From Christensenellaceae bacterium (GTDB taxonomy: Bacteria; Bacillota; Clostridia; Christensenellales; CALMFG01), in NCBI GenBank assembly GCA_963674805.2, contig CAXXNY010000021.1, positions 6,642-70,641 on the forward strand: a stretch of DNA of 64,000 nt, read 5' to 3'. Numbering within the stretch: position 1 is the stretch's first letter; every line of letters begins with the position of its first letter. The notes under the pieces are model-generated. The model ran no database searches. It had not been told where the DNA came from and saw only the letters and a list, made by a program, of their open reading frames with translations. Positions 57,213-64,000 of this stretch are shown here, piece by piece. The translations under genes were made by a program, and so were the position numbers.

Positions 57213-58319
57213 ATGATAAAGAAGAGTATAAACAGATTTATCAGTAATGATTTGACAGGCATCACGGTCATCTTTACTGCATTGCTGCTGATTGTCATAT
57301 TTAAATCGACAACCGGGAGGCTGGCATTCAGCCTGACCGCAATATCAAAAGACGTCGCGATTTTCACAATCGTAGGATTGGCTCAGATGGCCACTTTGGC
57401 GGTCGGCCAGTTTAATCTGGCGGTGGGTGCAATGGGCGGCGCAGCAGGTATGGTGTGCGGATATCTGATTAACCTGCCGGCCGAAGGCTCCATGGAAGCC
57501 GCCGACTACTCATTGGCAGAAGTGGGTCTTGCGATGCCATGGCTGCTCGGCATTCTGGTAGGGCTGTTGGTGGGATTCCTGCTCGGAATTCTGCAGGGAT
57601 CTATTATCGTAAAGACCAAAATTAATCCGTTCATTATCACTTTGGCGCTGATCAGCGTGATTCATGGATTTAATATGTGGATTACGGAAAACATGTATTT
57701 CAGAAACCTGCCGCTGGCATTTAAAGCGATTAATAAATTCTCAATTAACCGGTCGGTATTTATCCCGGAAATGGAGAATTGCCCAAACGGCATACCTATC
57801 GTCTTTCTGGTGGCGTTGGCGACGATGCTGGTCATGTGGGTGATATATAACCGGACTGGGCTGGGCAGAAAAATGCTCGCAACCGGCGTCAGCACCAGAG
57901 CCGCGGACTATGCAGGCATTAATTCAGGCAAATACACGGTAATCGCACACGGGATTTCGGGTACATTATGTGCGCTTGCCGGCATTCTCACCGTATCTAA
58001 ACTCGGTGTGGCGCAGACCTCTGTAGGCGATAACTGGCTGCTTTACTCCTTCGCGTCCACCATCTTGGGCGGAACGCTGTTAAGCGGCGGCAAGGTGGGT
58101 ATAACGGGGACCATGATCGGCGCCGGCATTATGCTGATGATGACGACGGTGCTTGCGATAATGCAGTTATCCGCATTTACGCATCAGATTTTTATCGGCG
58201 GTGTACTGCTGTTTGCCTTCATGCTCAATAAGGGCAGAGAAATCTTGATTTTGAAACAGGATAAGATGATGATGGAGATGCAGGAAAGTGTGGCTGCGGC
58301 AGGGGGAGACAAAAAATGA
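57213..58319 (+). CDS. CUT2-family ABC transporter permease (long form with insertions)
   Basis: Polytopic RbsC-like protein with extra loops (PAEGSMEAADYSLAE, IPEMENCPNG) and a charged C-terminal tail. Confidence 0.85.
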   Translation: MIKKSINRFISNDLTGITVIFTALLLIVIFKSTTGRLAFSLTAISKDVAIFTIVGLAQMATLAVGQFNLAVGAMGGAAGMVCGYLINLPAEGSMEAADYSLAEVGLAMPWLLGILVGLLVGFLLGILQGSIIVKTKINPFIITLALISVIHGFNMWITENMYFRNLPLAFKAINKFSINRSVFIPEMENCPNGIPIVFLVALATMLVMWVIYNRTGLGRKMLATGVSTRAADYAGINSGKYTVIAHGISGTLCALAGILTVSKLGVAQTSVGDNWLLYSFASTILGGTLLSGGKVGITGTMIGAGIMLMMTTVLAIMQLSAFTHQIFIGGVLLFAFMLNKGREILILKQDKMMMEMQESVAAAGGDKK

Positions 58320-59326
58320 ATAAAGTAATCGAAAAGCTGTCAACACGAAAACAGCGCACGATGACAAACACATTGGGTGTTGCAACGGTTATCATTCTGC
58401 TGTCACTGTTCTTGATGACACAAAGCGGCAAGTTTATCTCTCATGACAATATTATTACGATTTTCAGAGTGTGCAGCGTCACTATCCTGGTGGGCTTTGC
58501 ACAGATGGTGGTGATTGCGGGCGGCGGATTAAACGTATCTGTCGGCGCTATCGGCGGGCTGGCGGCGGTTATCGTCGGGGCCATGATCCAGCGTGCGGGG
58601 ATTCACTGGGGCGTTGCCATACTGATTGCACTGATGATCGGCGCCTGCTGCGGCGCATTCAACGGACTGATTATTACCGGTCTCGGGGCTACGGGCGAAA
58701 TTTCCTGGCTGACCACGTTAGCGACCATGAGCGTTTTTACCGGGATTACGCTGACAATCACGAAGGCAAATCCGTTTTATAATCTGCCTCACGGCTTTGA
58801 TTTTATCGGAATCTATAACTTCTTTAACTGGATTCCGCTGATGATAGTGTTCACACTGATCTTTACGGTACTGTTAAGCTTTATGTTTAAATCGACGAGC
58901 TTCGGGCGCCAGGTGCTGGCAATAGGCGGCAACCAGAAAGCGGCAGAGCTATCAGGGATAAATGTTAAGAAGGTCATTATCATTAAACACATGATTTCCG
59001 CATTTATCGCCTCATTCGCCGGCATCTTGTTTGCCACGCGGCTGGGCTCCATCGGAGCGGATATCGGGCAGGACTGGATGCTGTTCTCTTTCGCGGCGCC
59101 GCTAATCGGCGGAACGCGGATGGAAGGCGGACGTGTGGATGTCGTCGGCGCGTTTCTCGGCGGACTGCTGTTGGCCGTTGTGTCAAACGGTGTGGTCCAC
59201 ATGGAAGTGAATGTTTATATCGTTGAGTTTCTGGAAGGGATCATCATACTGCTCGCCGTCGGCGTTGACAGACTGAGATCTTACCGTGAAGAACAACGCG
59301 AAAGAAGGGAGCGTGCGGCGTTATGA
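58316..59326 (+). CDS. CUT2-family ABC transporter permease, second subunit
   Basis: Overlapping start (ATGA). Polytopic, with a LAIGGNQKAAELSGINV motif. Confidence 0.9.
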   Translation: MNKVIEKLSTRKQRTMTNTLGVATVIILLSLFLMTQSGKFISHDNIITIFRVCSVTILVGFAQMVVIAGGGLNVSVGAIGGLAAVIVGAMIQRAGIHWGVAILIALMIGACCGAFNGLIITGLGATGEISWLTTLATMSVFTGITLTITKANPFYNLPHGFDFIGIYNFFNWIPLMIVFTLIFTVLLSFMFKSTSFGRQVLAIGGNQKAAELSGINVKKVIIIKHMISAFIASFAGILFATRLGSIGADIGQDWMLFSFAAPLIGGTRMEGGRVDVVGAFLGGLLLAVVSNGVVHMEVNVYIVEFLEGIIILLAVGVDRLRSYREEQRERRERAAL

Positions 59327-60849
59327 GTGCACAAACCGTACTTGAATTAAAAAACATTACAAAGATTTTCCCGGGCGTCAGAGCACTCGACAATGTCGAT
59401 TTTAAAGTGAAAAGCGGTGAAATTCATGCACTGATGGGAGAAAACGGCGCAGGAAAATCAACGCTGATTAAAATCATTACCGGCGTTTTTGAACAAAACG
59501 AAGGTACCATGTTTTTAAATGGTGAAGCGGTTTCGTTTAAGGCGCCGATGGACGCATTTAAATCCGGCATCAATGTGGTGCATCAGGAAAGAAATTTATT
59601 CCCGACGTTCTCTGTGGCCGAAAACATCATGATTGAGCATTACAGCGACAAGATGACAATGAAGGTCAACCAAAAGGAGTTGAACAGAGAAGCGCAAAAA
59701 TATATTGATATGGTCGGACTGGAAGTTCCGCCCGAAAAGAACGTGGAACTGCTGAGCGCCGGACAGAAACAGCTGATTGAGATTGCGAAAGCATTATCAT
59801 CAGATGCCAAGATTATTCTACTGGACGAACCGACGGCTTCTATATCCATTAATGAAGCCGAGATGCTGATTAAACTGATTAAAAAGCTGAAAGCGGAGGG
59901 CGTATCCTTTATTTTTGTATCGCACAAAATTGAAGAAGTGTTTGATGTCGCGGATGCAGTTACGGTACTGCGCGACGGCAAGAATGCACTCTCTAAAAAA
60001 ACCGGTGAGATATCCACACCGATTAAGGATATTTCAAGGGATGAGCTGATTGAACGGATGGTCGGACGGACGGAAGAATTCCGGGCGCAGAATATGAGGA
60101 ACTTTGATAAGGCGGCTATTGTACTGGAAGCCAGGGGAATCCGAAGCGTTGATGCGCCGAAACCAAAGTCATTTGTGCTTAAACAAGGCGAACTGCTGGG
60201 CTGGTACGGGCTGGTCGGTGCGGGGCGGACAGAGTTTGCTCGCGCACTGATTGGATATGACCAGATTTTAGAAGGTGAGCAGCGCATTAACGGAAAAACA
60301 GTGAAACCCAGAAACATCACGCAGACGCAGCGCAAGCATAAGCTATGCTATTTGAGCGAAAACAGAAAAGAGGAAGGGCTGTTTTTAGACCATAACGTCA
60401 AGATTAATCTGACATCATCTGTTTTGCATAGAATCAGAGGATTTTTGGGGCTGCTTAATATGAAGCTGGAAAAGGAGATATCCGAGAAATACAGAACCGA
60501 ACTCAGCATCAAAACGCCGAGCTTAAAGCAGACAGTCAGAAACCTAAGCGGGGGGAACCAGCAGAAAGTGAACCTCGGTAAAGGCTTGGCGGTGAGCCCT
60601 GAAATCATGATTATCGATGAGCCGACAGTCGGCATTGATATTAAAACAAAGGCGGAGATTCACCGCCTGATGTATCAGCTAACCGAAGAAGGCAAGTCCG
60701 TCATCTGCATTACATCGGATATGCCGGAACTCATTCAGATTTCGGACCGTATCATCGTTTTTAAGGATGGCATGATAGTGGGGGAACTGAACAACTCAAA
60801 ATCATATGATGAGATGAGCAAAAAAATTATGAGCCTGATTATGGACTAA
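59323..60849 (+). CDS. CUT2-family sugar ABC transporter ATP-binding protein (intact tandem NBDs)
   Basis: GENGAGKST, LSAGQKQ, LLDEPTA, FVSH, GLVGAGRTE, LSGGNQQKV and IDEPTVGID motifs. Confidence 0.9.
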   Translation: MSAQTVLELKNITKIFPGVRALDNVDFKVKSGEIHALMGENGAGKSTLIKIITGVFEQNEGTMFLNGEAVSFKAPMDAFKSGINVVHQERNLFPTFSVAENIMIEHYSDKMTMKVNQKELNREAQKYIDMVGLEVPPEKNVELLSAGQKQLIEIAKALSSDAKIILLDEPTASISINEAEMLIKLIKKLKAEGVSFIFVSHKIEEVFDVADAVTVLRDGKNALSKKTGEISTPIKDISRDELIERMVGRTEEFRAQNMRNFDKAAIVLEARGIRSVDAPKPKSFVLKQGELLGWYGLVGAGRTEFARALIGYDQILEGEQRINGKTVKPRNITQTQRKHKLCYLSENRKEEGLFLDHNVKINLTSSVLHRIRGFLGLLNMKLEKEISEKYRTELSIKTPSLKQTVRNLSGGNQQKVNLGKGLAVSPEIMIIDEPTVGIDIKTKAEIHRLMYQLTEEGKSVICITSDMPELIQISDRIIVFKDGMIVGELNNSKSYDEMSKKIMSLIMD

Positions 60850-60908
60850 AGGCTTTTAACATTTAAGCCGAAAGGCTTAATAAAAACCATAGGAAAGGAA
60901 ACGAAAAA

Positions 60909-62045
60909 ATGAAAAAAGGTATTGTAATCCTATTGATAGTCGCAATGCTATTAATGGGCGTCGTCGGCTGCGGCGCGGGAAGCACCACTGATGTTACCGA
61001 ATCCGGTGCAGAAACAGCTAATGAGCTGGACGTTGAAATGGACGTATCGGAAGATGTTGGAACCATGGGGGAAGCAAACTATAACTTTGCTATCGTATAC
61101 GGAGGCGTTCATCCGTTCTTCGATCCTTGGGCATTCGGTGCACAGGCAGCAGCTATCGACTTAGGGATTCCTTCACCTAACGTAACAAGCCCGCAGAACT
61201 GGGATCAGACCGAACAAAACGCGATCATTGACGGCCTCGTAGCCGGCGGTGTAGGCGGTATCGGAATGTTCACAGCGGATGCTGTTGCTGGTAACGAAAA
61301 GATTTCCGAACTGGTTGACCAGGGTATCCCGGTTGTCACCATGGGCGGAAAGCCGGCAACACCGACCAAAGCAAGCTTCTGCTATGCAACCGATGTTGGC
61401 GCATCTGTTGGCTATGCAACTCAGGCGATTGTTGACGAACTGAAGGCGCGCGGCCTGACAGAAGGTAAACTGGTTCACTTGTGCTCCAGCCTTGCTGACA
61501 CCAACACGCAGGACAGACAGGCAGCGATTGCTGAAGTTCTGGCAAAACCGGAAAACGCTGGTTTCACGCTTGAGTGGGAATTAGCTGACACAGACGCAAC
61601 CGAACCTGCAGAAGAAGCGATTTCTGCGATGGTATCATCTTACATCGACGAAGTTGATGGTATTGTATGTACCGGTTACGTTAATGCGCAAGTTCTTGGT
61701 AAGACAATGAACGAAATGGAATCTGACCTTGGTGTTGTTGCAATCGGCATCGACGACTCTTCAGACGTACTGACAGCTATCGAAAATGGCTATATGTTCG
61801 GAACAATGACTCAGAGCTCCTGGGCAATGGGCTATGTTGGAACATATGCATTGAAGCTGTTTGCTGACGGATATGTGATTGACAGAGAAAAACTCGGCTT
61901 AGCTGATGACGAACTGCTGTTCATCGACTCCGGATACTTCCTGCTGAAGAAAGATGGTCTTGCGACTTATCAGGAAACTCAGGAACAAATGGCCTATGAC
62001 TTCGTTTCAACTATGAAAGACACTTACTTCAAGATGGCTGAATAA
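60909..62045 (+). CDS. Sugar ABC transporter substrate-binding lipoprotein
   Basis: Lipobox VVGC, an acidic linker and a type I periplasmic-binding fold. Confidence 0.85.
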   Translation: MKKGIVILLIVAMLLMGVVGCGAGSTTDVTESGAETANELDVEMDVSEDVGTMGEANYNFAIVYGGVHPFFDPWAFGAQAAAIDLGIPSPNVTSPQNWDQTEQNAIIDGLVAGGVGGIGMFTADAVAGNEKISELVDQGIPVVTMGGKPATPTKASFCYATDVGASVGYATQAIVDELKARGLTEGKLVHLCSSLADTNTQDRQAAIAEVLAKPENAGFTLEWELADTDATEPAEEAISAMVSSYIDEVDGIVCTGYVNAQVLGKTMNEMESDLGVVAIGIDDSSDVLTAIENGYMFGTMTQSSWAMGYVGTYALKLFADGYVIDREKLGLADDELLFIDSGYFLLKKDGLATYQETQEQMAYDFVSTMKDTYFKMAE

Positions 62046-62127
62046 TGTGTCAACATTTATTTACTCAAACAAGTAAATAAAAGTTAACACTGCAAACCGT
62101 AAGGAGCGCAGTGCTAACCAACCAGAT

Positions 62128-62153
62128 AGCTGCAACATATGTTTGTTGCAGCT
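62128..62153 (+). terminator. Terminator after the binding-protein gene
   Basis: AGCTGCAACA-TATGTT-TGTTGCAGCT stem followed by an AT-rich tail (ATATTTAAATT). Confidence 0.55.
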
Positions 62154-62242
62154 ATATTTAAATTATCACTTTCTTATCATATTTTCAACGGTTAATCTGA
62201 GTTATACAAAGAAGACGCGATGATCAAGACGGAGGAAACGGC

Positions 62243-62632
62243 ATGAAACATATCATCAATGTTGGCGATAAAGAAGAAGACAATGATCCCAGATCGTTAA
62301 GATATAATGTTAAAGACAGGGCAAGCCGTGTCTTAAGGGATACGTACTACCTGATTGATCAAAAAGATTCGCCCTCGCGCAGACTGACGATGGGCCATAC
62401 AACCGTTTACCCGACCGGCACAACTACCGGCCATACGCACGGTGATATGGAGGAGATTTACTACGTTATTTCGGGAACAGGCAGAATGGTTGTCGGGGAA
62501 GACGAATATGATATCAGGCCCGGTGACAGCCTCTATGTTCCACCAGGAGAATTTCATACCACTATCCAAACCGGCATTCTGCCGCTGACGCTGTTATGGG
62601 TAACCTGCGTGGTGGATGAAGATGAACGATGA
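62243..62632 (+). CDS. Cupin-domain protein
   Basis: GGAGG RBS and a cupin_2 motif (GHTHGDMEEIYYVISGTG ... GDSLYVPPGEFH). Confidence 0.75.
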   Translation: MKHIINVGDKEEDNDPRSLRYNVKDRASRVLRDTYYLIDQKDSPSRRLTMGHTTVYPTGTTTGHTHGDMEEIYYVISGTGRMVVGEDEYDIRPGDSLYVPPGEFHTTIQTGILPLTLLWVTCVVDEDER

Positions 62633-62648
62633 AAAACGGAGCGCCAGG

Positions 62649-64000
62649 ATGATTGAACAAAAGATGCTGATCGGCGGGGAATGGACAAAAGGAGCGGGAA
62701 GCGAGACCATCACGGTCATTAACCCCGCAACCGAGGAAGTTATCGCGACCGCCCCGGCAGCTGTTGAACAGGATATAGAAGAAGCGGTGAACGTGGCCGA
62801 TGCGGCGTTCGGCGATTGGTCGAGACTGACGCCGTATGCACGCGGCGCGCTTTTAAGGGAAGCGTCGGAGTACGTGCGGCAAAGCGCAGACCGGATTGCA
62901 ATGCTGATGACAATGGAACAGGGCAAGCCGCTGGCCGAAGCAAAGGGAGAGGTGCTGAAAGGCGCGGATATTTTACGGTATTATGCGGAGGAAGGCGAAC
63001 GTGTCTGTGGCCGGATTATTCCGGGAGACAAAGCGAATGTGGAAAGCAGGGTAATCTACCAGCCTATCGGCGTCGCTGCGGCAATATCGCCATGGAACTA
63101 TCCGATCGAACTGCTGGCATGGAAGCTCGGCGGTGCGCTTGCAGCCGGTTGTACAATCGTATGTAAACTGCCTTCGGAAACGCCGCTCAGCCCGCTTATG
63201 TTTATTGAATGTATGCTGAAAGCGCCTTTTCCAAGAGGCGTCGTCAATGCGGCAACGGGAAAAGGCGCAGCTATCGGGCCGTTATTACTGAAAAATCCAA
63301 AGATAAAAAAAGTAGCCTTTACCGGATCAACCGCAGTCGGACGGGAAGTGTTGGCGAACAGCATGCCCGGACTTAAGAAAGTGTCATTGGAACTCGGCGG
63401 CAGTCTGCCGATGATTGTGCACAGCGATTGCGATTTAGAAAAAGCAGGGGCAGGCGCCGTACGTCGGTCATTCCGGAATATGGGCCAGATTTGTATCGCT
63501 GTAAACCGGATATATGTACAGCGAAGAATCTATGAGGAATTTTTATCATTGTTTAAAGCAAAAGCCGAAGCCCTCATTATCGGAGACGGCGCCAAAGAAG
63601 CCTGTGATGTCGGCCCGATGTGTACGCTGAAGGGAATCGAAACGACACAGCGGCATATTGAGGACGCGCTGGAAAAGGGCGCGACACTGGTCTGCGGCGG
63701 CAGCGTTCCGCGGAAGCGGGGCTATTTCTTTGAACCGTCAATCTTGCGGGATGTCAATCACGGTATGCTGGTCATGCGCGAAGAAACATTCGGTCCGCTT
63801 GTCGGAGTGATGCCTTATGATGAACTGGACGAGGCGATTGCGCTGGCGAATGATACGGACTATGGGCTTGCGGCTATTGTCTATACCAACAGCTTGTACA
63901 CCGCAAAGCGGTGCGCGGATGAAATCCAGGCGGGTAACATCGCTGTCAACAATCCCGACGCCGGCGTGATGAACGCACCTTACGGCGGATGGAAGGACAG
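62649..64000 (+). CDS. NAD(P)-dependent aldehyde dehydrogenase (3' end beyond the window)
   Basis: This ORF is absent from the ORF track because it has no stop codon in the window. ATG at 62649, 9 nt after GGAG. My own translation gives MIEQKMLIGGEW...ISPWNYP...FTGSTAVG...LELGGS...GQICIAVNR...EETFGP...PYGGWK, open through 64000. Confidence 0.85.
   Translation, partial: MIEQKMLIGGEWTKGAGSETITVINPATEEVIATAPAAVEQDIEEAVNVADAAFGDWSRLTPYARGALLREASEYVRQSADRIAMLMTMEQGKPLAEAKGEVLKGADILRYYAEEGERVCGRIIPGDKANVESRVIYQPIGVAAAISPWNYPIELLAWKLGGALAAGCTIVCKLPSETPLSPLMFIECMLKAPFPRGVVNAATGKGAAIGPLLLKNPKIKKVAFTGSTAVGREVLANSMPGLKKVSLELGGSLPMIVHSDCDLEKAGAGAVRRSFRNMGQICIAVNRIYVQRRIYEEFLSLFKAKAEALIIGDGAKEACDVGPMCTLKGIETTQRHIEDALEKGATLVCGGSVPRKRGYFFEPSILRDVNHGMLVMREETFGPLVGVMPYDELDEAIALANDTDYGLAAIVYTNSLYTAKRCADEIQAGNIAVNNPDAGVMNAPYGGWKD

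Noticed and set aside
59640-60335. 231-aa minus-strand ORF. Similar long antisense ORFs lie at 35750-36385, 18451-19071, 17729-18304, 36904-37452, 53825-54319, 15197-15760 and 760-1242.
   Set aside because: All are fully contained antisense to (or out of frame within) CDSs that have strong ABC, transketolase or aldolase signatures. They are compositionally biased shadow ORFs.

Overview
This 64 kb window looks like a Firmicutes/Clostridia-type chromosome. Supporting signs are GGAGG-type ribosome-binding sites, lipoprotein solute-binding proteins and split transketolases. It is almost entirely given over to carbohydrate, polyol and sugar-acid uptake and catabolism. I could support about 60 protein-coding genes and found no tRNA, rRNA, CRISPR array, IS element, integrase or phage gene.

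The genes fall into five groups:
- (1) 788-5475: eda (fused to a VOC domain), kdgK, a GPH-family symporter and a YhhN membrane protein. A low-GC double methyltransferase gene follows at 5800-7386.
- (2) 7520-26869: a divergent pair of operons. The minus strand carries deoC, a split transketolase, rpiB, an araD-like epimerase, lacI, an FGGY kinase, a TIM-barrel epimerase, a decayed class II aldolase and a Gfo/Idh/MocA oxidoreductase. The plus strand carries a CUT2 ABC transporter, PMI-like, Rpe-like, TIM-paralog, LarA-like and VOC genes, and two TauE/SafE permeases.
- (3) 27147-42938: an IclR regulator followed by a 14-gene operon. It encodes Gfo/Idh/MocA, an FAD oxidase plus Fe-S subunit, an FGGY kinase, an AllA-like cupin, a CUT2 ABC transporter, a myo-inositol-1-phosphate-synthase homolog, a PfkB kinase, a second Gfo/Idh/MocA, a SIS isomerase and a HAD phosphatase.
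- (4) 43297-62045: Zn-ADH, a cyclase-family protein, an orphan permease and two DHDPS-like lyases. It also has RpiB, a divergent split transketolase and an oversized transaldolase-like protein. A 2-hydroxyacid dehydrogenase, a KdgK-like kinase, Gfo/Idh/MocA and a second AllA-like cupin follow. It ends with a CUT2 transporter that carries an extra, motif-dead ATPase.
- (5) 62243-64000: a cupin and a partial aldehyde dehydrogenase.

The most unusual items are the atypical transaldolase-like gene, the LarA homolog next to the tandem TauE permeases, the MIPS homolog inside an uptake operon, the two AllA-like cupins and the degenerate ABC ATPase. All functional calls rest on motif recognition by eye. 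No database search was run.
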